A stretch of 64,000 nucleotides of DNA, from contig JALJEE010000907.1 of the NCBI GenBank assembly GCA_023231475.1, positions 1-64,000 of the forward strand, read 5' to 3'. The notes under the pieces were generated by a model. It did not search any database, had not been told where the DNA came from, and saw nothing but the letters and a program-made list of their open reading frames with translations. This DNA is from Seison nebaliae (lineage: Eukaryota). The position numbers were made by a program, and so were the translations under genes. Position 1 is the stretch's first letter. Every line of letters starts with the position of its first letter. Positions 1 through 13,515 of the stretch are shown here, one piece after another.

Positions 1-1965
1 TACTGTTCGTTCTGTTTTTTGCCAAAATAGAACGAATAGTGTATGTATACGAGGCAAAAACGAGAGTCTGGATTTTTTTCTCTTCCTCTATAAAATCGTT
101 TTTGAGCTCTTCGTTTTTGTTACCAAATGGACATCACTAATGTGCACAAATGTCTCTCTCAGATACAGACAATGGAAAAGAACAAATATAAATAGCAGAA
201 GCAACTTGCAGAATAAATGAATGGAATTCCTTATTAAAAAAAAAAAAAGGATTATAAAAAAATAGAATGAAATCGAGATTGTGAAACTGTCCCTATTTTA
301 CCCTCTTATTATTTTGGTTGAGGAGAATTCTCATATTTCTTCCCATCATGTCTCCTCTCTTCTTAGGACGAAGGGAATTGTATATAAGTTTAGCGTAAGA
401 ATAAAAATAATTAAAAAAAAAAGAAAACTACAAGAAGAGGGAGCGGCATAAATAGATGAAGAATAGATGATTGTGTAACATGGGATGGATGTCATTTTGA
501 CATACTATTCTATGTGAAATGATAAATATCGATTTGTAAATTATTTCCAAATTATTTCCCAGAATAATAAGAAAATTCATTCGTTTATCCCTCTCACTCT
601 CTACGTTCCCGCCTGTTCTTACTCTCTTTGTGTGTCTGTGTGTGTGTAAATCTGAATGAATCGTTTGTAGAGATGAAAGATAATCAATTAAATAACAGGA
701 GAAGAGAAAGTAGAATGGAAATTTAGTTTTTAGTAGTAGAACGAATGAAATTTTTTTTGAATGAATCAACTGAATGAAATGTAAAAGAGATTGATGAGAC
801 GGGACGGAAGGAAAAGGGGAGAGGCGATTACGTAAAGTAGAATTGATGAGTGAACATTACAATTTTCCTTCGGATTATCATTTACGGTACTAGATGAAAT
901 ATTTTCATTATCTTTTCATCTTCTTCCACATCTCTTACAAATTGAACAATCTCTTTTATAATAAAAGTTTTATTTAAATTTGGATGAACGACAATTATTC
1001 TTATCGAATACTATTACTTTATTTGCAACTAATTCTTTCTGGCAGAAGTTCCAAACATAAACAAACATTACCATCGTTATTATTTCTTCCCACTCGAACC
1101 GATTGTCGGACATTTCAAGTTCATTTTATTACCATTCTCCTTTCACTCCTACCATTATTCTACGTTATCGGACGATTTATTCAAATTATCTGGAAAGTCA
1201 ATTTAAGTAGGTTGGAAAGATGATGTAACAGGTGTGCTCTTCGTGTAAAAATGTGCGTGTATGAGTGTGGAGATATTGTATGATTATTGTTTTTAATGAA
1301 TTACCGTTATTGTGAGGGAGTATAGAGAAGGAACAATGAAAGAACATTACGTAGCAGTTGAATTGTGATAGTAAAATAATATTTTTTTGGTTTTTTTTAG
1401 AAAGGCAGTTATGTCTTCAGATGAGACGTGTCGGATGTAAGTAAATGAGAAGTTTCTGTTGTTTGATCACTCAGATAAGTGAAGATATTTCTCAAATATT
1501 TCTTTATTTGTTGTTGAACAGAAGTTTCGAAAAGAAAAATATGTTTGTTGAATTTTCCCTTCAATTGTCTCAATCAATACTATTATTTCCTTTAGTGTCT
1601 ACTCCCCAAAAAAAGAGTACGGGCGGGGAGAGTGGAAATATCATTCTCCTTCACATTCTTCTACACATTTTTATTTCATTTTTATACGGCTGAGTAGGAA
1701 ATGATGAAATGTTTCGTAAATTTCATAAATCGTCTCCGTTTGAGAATGGAAGAAGGTGAAAGTGAGTAGGTGTTAGATTGAATTGGATGTGGAAGAGAAT
1801 TGATTTATTCGAATATTTTTTTGAATTAATTAGAAGTTTCTATTCTTTAATTATTAGTGATTTGTTGTCGCAATTCCGTTTTTTTTTATTGATCCTCGAC
1901 ATGAAATATCGTCCAAGAATTTTATTTATACAAATTATTTTGAAGGATAATGTCATGTTAAAAGA

Positions 1966-2970
1966 ATGGATGGAATAATCGCATTAAGCACATTTTGTGA
2001 GAGTCACGGTCCTCGAGTAATCTTTTCCACGGAGAGTATCGCTTCCAATCAATTGAAACATGTGACGTCTCATCGTTATCAGATACAGGACGACATTCAT
2101 CAATCTATACATCGACGCCGAAAGATAATTGATGATATTGACGATAGTTTTGAGAAGAAGCGACCACGTCAAGACGTGAAAGAAGGAGAAGAGGAAGAGA
2201 ATGAATTGAATCGAACGAATAAAAGGACGACTACGACGACGATGAAAGAAGAAGAAGAAAATGATCGGAATTCAAATTATTCGATGTTCGATTATTTGAC
2301 GGATAATATTTGTGATGGTTGTTCATCTGTTAACGATTATTATTTATCGAAAAGTAAAAAATTTGATTCGTATTTCATGTCTCAAGAGAATGTTCGATTC
2401 GATTCGAAATATCGAGTACGTCTTCAGGAGTTGGTGAAGAATACGATCAATCAGACACGTTCCGATAAGGAGAAAATGTTCTCGTTGTCATCCGATTCGA
2501 TTATCGTCAAATTTACTTTACCTGACGCATATGCTCGTGGTTATATTCGACATTATTATATCTTTTTCTTATTCACTCATTGGTTCGAAATGATCGTTGT
2601 ATGGAAATTAGTTCGGAATGAATTAAATATGATTATTCAACAACTCGTCAAATTGTCACAAGAGAGATATGAAATCGAATTGAAAAATCGACATGTTCTC
2701 ATCGATTATCAAGAGCATAGAAATTTAGCGAAGATTTGTCGTATCGGAACGATGAAAACGTCATCCATTTCATCATCATCACCAGAAGGAGAGTCGGATA
2801 ATTTGAGGAATTTTTATGAAGGAAAAAATTTATTCGAATGGCTTCATATCAAATTCTCGTGTATTCTCTCAAAAACGGCGAAAACTTCCCATTGTAATTT
2901 GAATGATCTTTATCGTCATAATAATTATTCATTAATTCTCAATCGATCCACTCCAATAGACAATAATAAT

Positions 2971-3012
<42 letters not shown>

Positions 3013-5205
3013 TCATTATATGGAAAAAAGAATAAGAGAAATTGTCAAATTAATTTACCACATATCTATTTCTTTAATCCGATTCTTTCGTCAAATTCGA
3101 ATAATGAGAAAATGTCCAATTTATTCGATCGATCATTCAAATATGAAAATATTAAGAAATTAAATCGTCAGAAACATTTATTGACCGTTCAAAATAATTC
3201 GATTGATCACTACGATAATTCAACGGAAAGTTCGACAAACAATAAAAATCGAACTCTCCCACAATCATATTACGTTCCACGTCATTCGATACCGGGCGAC
3301 GACGGTTTGAAAGATACGAAAGAATTATACGCATTATTGACGAACGGTGGAGAGAATGAAATTTTATTAGAAAAGTTGTTACGTCATTTATTGATCGGTA
3401 ATCAGATTGTCGTACAGAGTTATTCCGAACATTTGACATCGAGTATTATTCGATTGTTGCAACAATTCGTTCCCACCGGAATGAATCGTTCGATGGAATA
3501 TTCTTCTCACAAATATTTCGGTGCCAATGAAAAAAATCTTCTCGGTTTATCGTCGTCGATGAATGTGGTGAAATCGATGAAATGTGCCGAAGGAATTCTC
3601 ATCAATATTTCCTGTCCACGACAAGTTGTTGGTAATTCGATGATGAGTAGTGCTTCTCATCATTCAGATCTACCACATCCATACCATCAACAACCTCATC
3701 AATCTTCTCATCGTGTCTATCATCATTCGGAGACGATGGACAATCAGAATTTCAACCAAAATCGTATTATGGGAATGAATAATTCTTATGGTAATTCTTT
3801 CAATCTCAATTCCTCCTCCATCACCTCACCATCACCATCATCAACTCTTCTGTCAAATCACGAAAATCGACAATCGACAATTGATGAAGAGAAAGTGGGA
3901 AAGAAATGGAGGAAAGTGGAGAGGAATCGTCAAATTAATGAAATCGAATTAGAAAGAATTCGTACACTTTTACGTCGATTACATCCCACCATTTATAAAG
4001 ATTTCAATCGAGTGAACATCCTCAAAAAGAATTTATGGAAACGAAAAGATAAAAAGAAAATTGATAATAATAAATCCACTTTATATTCTTATGAAAAGAA
4101 ACAGAGACATTTCAGTTCGATTTATCGATCCATGTTAGACAATTCACGAGATTTCGATTCGTTAGAAGAATTCGAATGGAATGACAATGCTTCAAATATC
4201 CTTCAACGATTCTCTAACCTTTATACAATTCGCATTCGTCACGAACTCTCATTAGAGGGACAGAATGGATCAAGTGAAATTGTTCAATCTCTTCTACAAC
4301 TCATCAATTCCTTCGTTTTCAATCACATCACATTTGACACTTACAAGAAATCTATTCAACTTTTTCGATTAAATATCATCAATAAAGCGATTTATTTCCG
4401 TTTTTTTTCTTCAACACTCATCTCCTCCAATTCGACGTTTGTAAATGAAAGTGAATATGAAATGCTCAAAAAACGTTTACCCACCATCAATTCACAGATG
4501 GATGGTCGACAGATCTCTTCCGCTTCCTCTTCCTCTTCTTCAACCTCATCCATTATTGGACGAGTTGGAACGTCAACACCAACACGTGCGTCAATCTCAA
4601 CATCTCAACTCTTTAATATGACACGATCTCAACGGCCACGTCGTATTTCATTGCAATCAATGAAGAATGACAAATCGAATTCTTTTCTCAAAAAGTTGAC
4701 ATTGTCACTCAAACCTCAAAAATCTGAATCATCCATCATTGGAATAGGTGCAACACATTCATCATCTCCATCAGTCGTCAACAAAACGAAATCATCAAAA
4801 ATTGACGATTTAAAAAAAAATGGAATGGTCGTCGATGTAGTGAATGATTATTCATTAGGAAATCATTCAATTTCCATCGATGACGACGTAGAAATGACTA
4901 ACGATCCACCTCAACATCAATCCACAAGAGAACGATTATTCAGTTTTAATTCAGTTCGAAAACGTTTTCAACAATCTTTCTCTTCAACATCAACAACAAC
5001 AATATCTCGTTCTTTTCGCTCATCATGTTACCAATCCAATTATAATCATGTGAAATCGATTACCAATTCCATTAATTTTCCATTTGTGGCTGATACATTA
5101 AATATTGGGGGAACATGTGACATTCTTATCTTGTTGGCATGGCAATCTGCCTTGTCCAAACGATTCAAAATGGACATCACGAATAATATTGTGGATGATT
5201 CTTAG
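1966..5205 (+). CDS. FLCN: Folliculin (longin + DENN; RagC/D GAP), single long ORF with low-complexity insertions
   Basis: N-terminus MDGIIALSTFCESHGPRVIFSTE resembles FLCN [29 protein letters not shown] motif; LPDAYARGYIRHY retains the arginine-finger motif; HLLIGNQIVV in the DENN part. Confidence 0.9.
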
Positions 5206-6225
5206 GAAATTATAATTTCATCATCAATTCCTGTTGAAAGGATATCTTTCTCATTTTCTCATCATCCAATTCAAATAACCGATTCCAATTCCGTTATTCT
5301 TGCCATTTCGAATTACGATGATGATGATGATGAGAATGGAATGAAAATTCATAGTCTATTTCCACGTTCATCTGTCTGATAATCAATTTTTAAATTAATT
5401 ATTCTCCATTTTTACAATTAGGAAAAAAACGATTCGTAAATTTTAGTTCTGATTTGAAAAAAAAATTTTTTTTTTGCTTATTTCCTTTCAAAACACTTTT
5501 TTTTTAAATTTCTTTTTACACATATCAAAATTATCATCATCAACATCACAATCGACAACAACAACAACAACATTATTTTATTTATTTATTTCTATTCCAT
5601 ATTATGTACATAGGATGGACAATATTATGAGTGAAATAAATAGAAATTAATTTGGATAATCGAATTATTTTCTAGAAAAAATTTTTTATTTTCTTTCCCC
5701 TCCCCATAAATATTGTGAATTCTTTAAATTTCTCTCAGAAATTCTAATTTCAAAGGATCATTTTTCGTTCTAAATTTTTCAGTTTTTTCAGTTGTGAAAT
5801 TAATTTGAAATGATTTTAAAGGAGAAATTGATTGGTTGAAAGAATGAAAAAGAATTCTTTTCCACAACTTCCAACAATTGGCAACAAGAAAAATTCAAAT
5901 TCAATAAATTTCTATTATAAAATAATTTCATCAATTTCCATCATTTCGAAAAGGATTCATCGTTTTTTTTTGGTCAAAAATTATTATGTTGTCAATAATC
6001 TACATAAAACTATCTCAAGAAAAAAATCCAATTTTTTCTTCCCGTTCTTTCTGTTTACTCTTTTTTCCTTGTCAGATCATTTCAGTTTCTACACAATAAT
6101 TCAATAGGTAAATTTACTTTCCAAATATCCTTCACTTTCTTCTTCACATTTTCCTACGTTAATTGATCATTTCATTTCCTGATATTATAAAATATATATT
6201 CTCATAAAAAAAAACTAATTTGTTG

Positions 6226-7302
6226 ATGCAGAAAATGTTTTCCGTAAAATTTTTGTTTTTCGATCTACTTCGATTCCGTAACAACTTGCAATGTCGTCGA
6301 AATGAAATGATGAAAATTATGAAAAAATTATTCCAATATCTTCCCAGTCATGTGATTGAGAAACAAATTCTTCGTTATCATTTTATGGAGGATTCGACTA
6401 TGTCGTTGGTGGGTCGACTTTTAGGTTAATTTCTTGAATTGTTAATCCTTTTTCTGAAATTCTATCAATGTCAATTCAACAATTTCTTTTGAATTCTCTT
6501 CTGAAAGAATTGTTGAGTTTGAAAAAAATCTGTCGAAGTGATGGCGAGTTGGATAAGAACGTCAATGGAAAACCGTTTTTCCGGTTACGTGACGAAAATG
6601 AGAAGATTGCTTATAATATATCTCATCAGAAAAATGGTTTAATTTTTGCTTATTCTCATTGTGTGAATGATGGGAATAAGATTTGTGATGATGAATATCA
6701 GATTGGAATTGATCTGATGTCGTTGGAATTAGAATCAGAGAAAAAATCGATTGACGAAACTATTTATCGTTTGGGAAAGAAATTCTCTTTGGAAGAATAT
6801 GAAGATATTATTAAATCTTTTGATATGTTATTAAAATTTGTTTATTGAAGGAAATTAATTAATTTCCATCAGATTTGAAAGAAACTGGAAATTCATACGA
6901 TATTGGACTTTGAAAGAAAGTTGGTTGAAATGTTATGGAATTGGATTAGGTGGTCTCAAAGATATAAGAATGGAATTAAATGAAATAAAATTTCCACCAA
7001 ACAATACGAATTTATTATTGAATGGAAATAATTTGAAATTTCTTCAAAAATCTTTTCATTCTCTTCGAAACGAATGGAATTCGATAATTTTCGAATATTT
7101 ATACAAATCATCAAATCAACGATACTTTATTTCATTATGTCTACCAAAATTAAAAGAAATTGAGATGAATATAGACGAAGAAATAAGAGATGTTTCGTTT
7201 GATTATATTTTGAATGAATTGAATGAGAATGAATCAATAATTGTGAATGAAAATGCGAATGTTCAATTGAATGAATTTCTCAGGAAATCTTTCAAATTCT
7301 AA
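6226..7302 (+). CDS. AASDHPPT: Sfp-type 4'-phosphopantetheinyl transferase, 3 exons (introns ~6425-6507 and 6827-6872)
   Basis: Motifs SLVGRLL, NGKPF, YNISHQ, IGIDLM and RYWTLKESWLKCYGIGL; exons join in frame at GT-AG boundaries. Confidence 0.9.
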
Positions 7303-8269
7303 TTACCAGAAACCTTTTGAATAGCCACCAGGCGGTTGATGTAAACGAATATTGGGACGTTGATAATTTGAATTATTATAACTATTATTATTATTATTAT
7401 TGTTGTTGTTGTTCTTGTAGCTATTGTCCATATTCTATAAAAAAGAATATTAAATTTTAAATGAATTTTTAAGAGAATATTTCGAACTTCATTTCGATAG
7501 GAATTTTGTGCTGATATTGTTGGTTCATAATTGGACGGTAGGTTAGGAAATTGTTGCATTGATTGTGGTTGGAATTGGTGAGATGATGGTGATTGAATGT
7601 GAGGAGATGGTGAATTGTTGTTCGTGTAGTTGGAATTGAATGATTGGAGTGATTGATTATAACCGTTCGGATTAAATTGATTTCCATGTCCACCTTCTCT
7701 CATTTCCCATGGACGTGCATTATTCATGGGTACTTGATAAGTTGGATTAAATTGATGTGCCATATTCATATTTCCATTATTTCCATTATAGTTCCCATTA
7801 TAGGAAGGATTTTGTTGTTGATGTCTCTCAAATATACGATCGATCTCAGAACCATTCGTACCCGCACTATTTGCAGTAGATCTTTTTCCATAATTATGTT
7901 GTGGATGTTGTTGTTTTTGTTGTTGTTGTAGTTGTTGAGATGGTGGTACTGGTGGTCGAACATTAGGTGAAGAAGAATAACCTTAAAAGAAGAATTTGAA
8001 AAATTTTTCTTCACTTAAATTGTGATGAATGAAAAATAAAACCTGAATAATTATCAGTTTGTGGCGGAGGAGTTTGTTCGATTTTTCTGAAATTAATTAA
8101 ATTGAGAATGTTATTAGGAAATAAATTTACTTGTGATCATCTCCAAGAAATATGGTTGATTTGCCACCGGGTGGTGCCATCATTCTTTATTAAATTGAGT
8201 CAGATCAGAAATATAAATTTCAAGTAACTTCCGAGTCGGTCGATTATAGAGACCCACATTGAGATTCAT
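7303..8269 (-). CDS. Jupiter/HN1-family microtubule-associated protein, about 5 exons; not visible as a single ORF in the track
   Basis: Spliced product begins MNLNVGLYNRPTRKMMAPPGGKSTIFLG (intron 8185-8228) and ends PNIRLHQPPGGYSKGFW*, matching the Jupiter PPGG motifs and the C-terminal PPGGYSxGxW signature. Confidence 0.8.
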
Positions 8270-8703
8270 ATTAATCTGATTGGAAATCGATTGATTATGT
8301 CTTTATTATTCCAATCAAGAAAGGTATAAAGATTGGAAAGAATTTTCTTTTTATTTGAACGAGAAGGAAGAAATGAATTTATAAGGAATTGCACGGAAAC
8401 TCAAATGAGAAAGTCGGTAATAATTTTGTTGCAAATGAAAACTTGTAAAAATTAATTGTGAAGGACGAAATGAGAATTCTTCACAAAACATAATTATGTG
8501 TTGAAGTAAAGTTGTTTTATGTAGTTCTATGTCGGAGTAAATATTTTTCCTATATCGATCAACATGCAATTTCTATTAGGAACAACGCATTTCCATTAAA
8601 CAATTTTCTGTGTGTGTATGTGACGAAAGAAGAAAAAAGTATTAATAAATCTCCCTTTTCCTGTAGATTATGAAATTTTCACTTTTTTTTTTTTACCTCA
8701 AAT

Positions 8704-9395
8704 TCAAAATTGAACGTTCCATGAATTCTTCATCATCAAATCGAAATATGCATCGTTATCGATTGATGCGGAAACGCCGGAATAATAATTATAGAATTCG
8801 TCGCGTGTTATCACTTCGTCTTTCGATGAAGATGCTTCGAAACATTTCAAGAATTGCTTCAAACATTGATCTTCTGTCCATTCCCCATTTTGGTATTTCG
8901 GATGTTTCCTTGGATCGTAAACACCTTGAAAAGTTGAGTTAAATAAGAAGTTAAATAACAAACAAATGGAAAATAATTCAAACCTCTCAAATCTTCCACG
9001 GTAATTCGACCGTCACCTGTCTTGTCGAGTTTCGTGAATGCTTTCGCAATCAATTCACGTCGTCGCCCATTCATTGGTGGTCGTAATCGGTTAAGAAATT
9101 CATCGAAATCAACCGAACCATTATGATTGCTATCGAATGATCGGAACATTTCTTTAATTTCTTCTTTCCGAAAATTCAAACCATATTCCATAATTCCTTT
9201 AACGAATTCCGGTTCCGCTATCGTCTTACTGCCATCATCATCCATGATCTTGAAGAGACGACCCAATCCCTTAATTCCATGAGCCCCACGAGATAAACAC
9301 GCCGCTCGTAATTTTTCAATTGGATCATTCGTCGTTTGTAAAGTCGCTCGACTTCTTTCGATCAATTCTTTTTCTTGTCTCGCCGTCGCTGCCAT
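8704..9395 (-). CDS. CAPSL: Calcyphosin-like EF-hand protein, 2 exons (intron 8925-8983)
   Basis: DPIEKLRAACLSRGAHGIKGLGRLFKIMDDDGSK, EF hands, ITVEDLRG|VYDPRKHPKY and YYSGVSASIDNDAYF, all characteristic of calcyphosins. Confidence 0.95.
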
Positions 9396-9679
9396 TATCT
9401 ATGAAATCAAAAACAATGTTCTATCGGTAAAATAAGTAGAAAGAAACGAGTTGTATCAATTTCATATGATTATATGTGTTACGTTAATGATACTCATAAA
9501 AATAAGTGATGAAGAAAATAAAAAAAAATTTATGAAAAAAATATTTCGGAATAAAATTCTCTTATGGAAATTATGAGAGAAGTGGCACGAATTCATTTAC
9601 AAAATACCTATAAATTCTTTCATGTGATTGAAGACGATGATATGATGATAATTATTCGATGAAAAGAGAAAATTTCATT

Positions 9680-10267
9680 TCACGAAAAATATTCATCATA
9701 TTCCTTAATTATTTGTGATTGATTTGCTGATGGTAATGTTGGAGTTTTATGTCTCTTTTCGTCCTCAAACAAAAATTTGTCAACAAATTTCGAAATCGTT
9801 TCTGATTTCTTATCACAACTAAATGAGAAGTTTAATGAAGTCAAAAATTTCTCAATTTCCTTCTCTTCCGATACAATATCATTTTTATGCTTCTTTAAAC
9901 TTTTATCAAGCACAAACCGTTCTTTCTGTTGAAATGAAAAAAGAAATTTTAAATTAATTTCGAGATAAACTTCATTCATTCCAACACATTTCTCCAGCTC
10001 GTCAATCACTTCTTTAGATGTTAACTTGCTTTTCTGATATTCTTTCAACTCGGCGATTTCCTTCTCTATTTTCAGTCGATCTACATTTACTGAATGGATT
10101 TTCTCGGCTTCGAAAGTTTCGGGAAAGTTCATCTTTTTATATTTTCCTTTTCTTTCTACCAATTTCAATGTCCTTTCAAATTTTTCAATATATTTGTCAT
10201 TTTCATTTTCTTTAACTTTTGAAGTTGTTGAGAATGACCAACTCTCATTGACGGTTGAAGGATCATC
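9680..10267 (-). CDS. Unknown Lys/Glu-rich (coiled-coil-like) coding segment; may be the 3' part of the neighbouring gene at 10522-11647
   Basis: Open frame extends upstream of the annotated ORF to a CTTCAG acceptor at ~10268; I could not join upstream exons in frame. Confidence 0.45.
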   Translation of the reverse strand, partial: DDPSTVNESWSFSTTSKVKENENDKYIEKFERTLKLVERKGKYKKMNFPETFEAEKIHSVNVDRLKIEKEIAELKEYQKSKLTSKEVIDELEKCVGMNEVYLEINLKFLFSFQQKERFVLDKSLKKHKNDIVSEEKEIEKFLTSLNFSFSCDKKSETISKFVDKFLFEDEKRHKTPTLPSANQSQIIKEYDEYFS

Positions 10268-10521
10268 TGAAGCAGAAGCATAAGAAGAACATCAAAAAAA
10301 TTTTCATAAAACTAATTTGAATTTTTAGAGAAAAAATTTTTTAAAACTTTTACAAAATTTTTTATGAGAAAACATTTAACTTTTTTTCTTCGCTCACTAG
10401 GAAGATATAGAAGGAAACGAAAGTCAAAGGGAAGACAAATGGAAATAAGGAAAAATTAAAGAATTACCTCAAAATTCTTATAAATCGTAAAAAATGGAAG
10501 AAACATAAAAAAGTAAAAATA

Positions 10522-11647
10522 TTAAATAAAACTTTTACAAATATTTTTAATCCTTCGAAATTCATTACGCAATAATCGATTCCGTTCTAACTGCTTTGTT
10601 ACTGTACTTTCCAGATATTTCCGATCATCATTCACATCAATCAATTTTTCTATTTCATTTCTATAAGGAGAATTCCGATAAACTCAAATCGATTAGTTGA
10701 TGAACTTGTTAATTTTTTCCTTCGCTTTATGTTCTGTTCGTTCCAAGAGAAATTCCAAATAATTTTCATAAGAAATCTAAAAGATTTTCGAGGAGGAACA
10801 TTTGGAAATAATATTTTTAATGAGAAATCTATTAACGATAATTTCTTCGATTGCTTTCCCGTATATTCCTGCGTAATTACCAAAATTAGTGTACGTTTTA
10901 ATTTGATGGAAATATTTCGGCCAAGAATCCACGAGATTGCATGACGGCTGAAATTATCATTGAAATTTAATTGTAGAGGAAAATAATAACATGTTCGATT
11001 TCTTTTTTAATTTTCTTTAAAAATTTACCAAATTCTTCTTCATTCACACGATTTTTTGATGGGATTTTTAGTAAGTCACTTCGTCTCAAATAAGACTGAT
11101 CGATGTCAATGTCGATATCAGTAATTGGAGATTTCCATTTTTTGAACGATTCAGATGATTGGAATTTTGATGTTGATATTTGGGAGTTGAGGATCTGTTT
11201 GGAAAGAGATAATTTCTGAAGCTTTATCGATTTACTTTGGAATTGAGGCGTTTTTATTGATTTTTTTGGATTGAGATTTTTACATAAACGATTCTCATTC
11301 AGATAACCGGTTGTTACCATACGAATGGGTTCTTTCAATAAATCTTGATTCTCTTTCAATAAACTTTTAAGTGTTGGTAGACGAACAACGTCTTGTTGAA
11401 TTTTTCTTGTTGACTTTCTCTCCTTTTCTCCATCCAACAACTCATGATAAGTTATTTGGGATGATGCTAAATTAATAGACTGTCGTTCTTCCTTGTTAGG
11501 AAATTGTAATAATTGACTTGATGTGGCTTCCACCTTTTCTTCACCATCATCATCAGAGAAGGAAACGGCTGATTGTCTCGCATCGTAAAACTTCTCAGGT
11601 GTGAGAGAATGTACTTCGATTAATTTTTTCAATTGTGAATGATTCAT
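10522..11647 (-). CDS. Hypothetical protein, about 3 exons, downstream of an X-box
   Basis: The 234-aa ORF joins ORF 10650-10883 through a GTTATT...TTTCAG intron, then a further exon (TVTKQLERNRLLRNEF); no family recognised. Confidence 0.55.
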
Positions 11648-11674
11648 ATCAGAATAGTTTGTAAGACGCACATC

Positions 11675-11688
11675 GTTGTCATGACAAT
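11675..11688. promoter_or_regulatory. RFX X-box in a bidirectional promoter
   Basis: GTTGTCATGACAAT fits the X-box consensus GTYNCYATRGNAAC closely and lies between divergent starts at 11647 (-) and 11796 (+). Confidence 0.7.
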
Positions 11689-11795
11689 TAAGACGACAAG
11701 TAAGCTTGTACCTTATTCGGAAGAAGATTGATTAGAGGAGAATGTTTGATTAAAATAACATTTGAATATTCTTCTCTAATTACATGAATTATTTA

Positions 11796-13193
11796 ATGAG
11801 TCCTCAAACTAACTTATGTGTGTAAGCGAAGTTGTAGAGAAAGTAGACTTTGTTACAATTTTCTTTTCAAAATTTTTGTTGTTTTACTTCAAGTAATAAT
11901 TCTAGTTTTTTCCAAATTGGTCCACATCGAATGGATCCCGATATTAATGCCGACAATGCCGGAAGATGGGATTGGGATGAATATAAACAAGGACTCCAAT
12001 TCGTTCCAAATGTATTAACTGACAGTCGAAAGACTGGTCCTTTTCGACCGGCGAAAAAAGAACAAAAATTAACCACTAGAACACCAAGTACACATGTGTC
12101 GAAACCACATCGAGCAATGCAACGTCAACGACAACAAGCACGACAAAGACAACAATTGAAAAGATCGACGAAATTATTAGTGGAATTGAGAGACGTGATC
12201 GATGTGGCATTGGAGATTTTGGAGGAGAGACAATTTTTATCATTGAAATTTTTCGATTTGGCAAATCATTCTCGATTGAAGGAATTTATGAATCGACTAG
12301 TCAATTATTTCCATTATTTCTTCGAAAATTATAATTTGTCTCTTATTCATAATCGTTATCTTATCGATCGGAGTACTGAAGAGAAACGTCGAATTCTTAT
12401 CGTTCATGATTCAATGAATCAAACTCTCAAATGTGTAGGAGAATCATATGCGGCACTCATTCTCGGATATGTCGGTGCAGATCCTGATGAACAAATTATA
12501 CGATTTCATCGATGTCCACAAATCGATCGGAATATTTATGAACTACTTTATCAATTAGCTATATTGGTAGTATGGATAACATTCGAAAGAAAACATCTCG
12601 ATTTGATCACTCTCGAAATTGGACGAATGTTCAGATCGAATGTTTTCAATCCGGCACTTCGTTCCGAAATGAAAGATGAAAACTATCCGACTATATCTCT
12701 CCAAATGAACATGAATGAACGTGCAAAATTAGTGAACGAACGTCTCAAAGTGACATTGACAAAAGGAAACATTAATCCATTTGCTGTACCTCAAAAGAAG
12801 AAATATGGAAAGTCAAGTGACGCTCTCAAATATAATCCGTCAACTTATCGAGAGATTCCTTTATATTCCGAAAATATTCCATCGTTTCGTGGAGTATTAA
12901 ATGCGAAATCACCTGCCGTCGCTTCATTACTACAAGGGAAAAGTACAACTCCTCATATTATCACACCTTCCGGTTCGGCGCAATTCCTCAATTTTTTCAA
13001 ATCGACAATTTCTATGGACACTCCACAACAACTGGACGAAAAGACACGAGTAGGAATCATCGGTCAATTCATGCAACATTATAATCCGATTCATTTAACT
13101 TTATTAGTCGACGATAAAGACAAACAAAATGACGAAGATGTACCTGTTGCCACTGTAACGGATTTATCTGGTCAAAAAACGGAAAAAAATTAA
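11796..13193 (+). CDS. PPP1R36: Protein phosphatase 1 regulatory subunit 36-like, 2 exons (intron 11822-11905)
   Basis: YELLYQLAILVVWITFERKHLDLITLEIGRMFRSNVFNP matches the PPP1R36 core (VWIxFxRxH...E.GRLFR.N.FN); ESYAALILG; GRWDW near the N-terminus. Confidence 0.75.
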
Positions 13194-13515
13194 TTGGAAA
13201 ATCCAATTGAATTTCGTATTTGAGAAAGGAAATTTTTCTTTGAAAATTTCATTAATCATCGAAAACACTTTTATTTCTCTTTTTAAATTTTAATCTCTCT
13301 TAAAATTTCATTTAAATTCAAATTTATTCGAAATCTTAAGCAAATTCTTTTTCAATTATTAATTCATCGGATATTTATTTGTCTTAAATAATAAAAAGAA
13401 ATTACGAGTTTTACTCTAACGGAGAATAAAGGGATGATTAAACGAATTAAAATGAAAGAAAACTTAATTTTAAAAAAAATGAATTTTTAATGAAAATAAA
13501 ATTCTTTTTTTGTCT

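Noticed and set aside
428..1978. Short ORFs upstream of FLCN and in 17265-20724 and 46797-50430
   Set aside because: Phe/Leu/Ile-rich, motif-free ORFs typical of AT-rich non-coding DNA.
6425..6507. Possible non-canonical (non-AG) acceptor in AASDHPPT intron 1
   Set aside because: An in-frame GAAAG acceptor at 6507 explains the junction canonically.
9396..9450. AG acceptors just upstream of ATGs (CAPSL, TAF7, BAF-like) as evidence of SL trans-splicing or operons
   Set aside because: A plausible cis donor exists ~49 nt upstream for CAPSL; trans-splicing cannot be told from 5'UTR introns without cDNA.
10381..10476. Putative 16-nt and 9-nt micro-exons linking the two unknown minus-strand segments
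   Set aside because: Every phase combination I tried hits a stop; a homopolymer assembly error is possible but not demonstrable.
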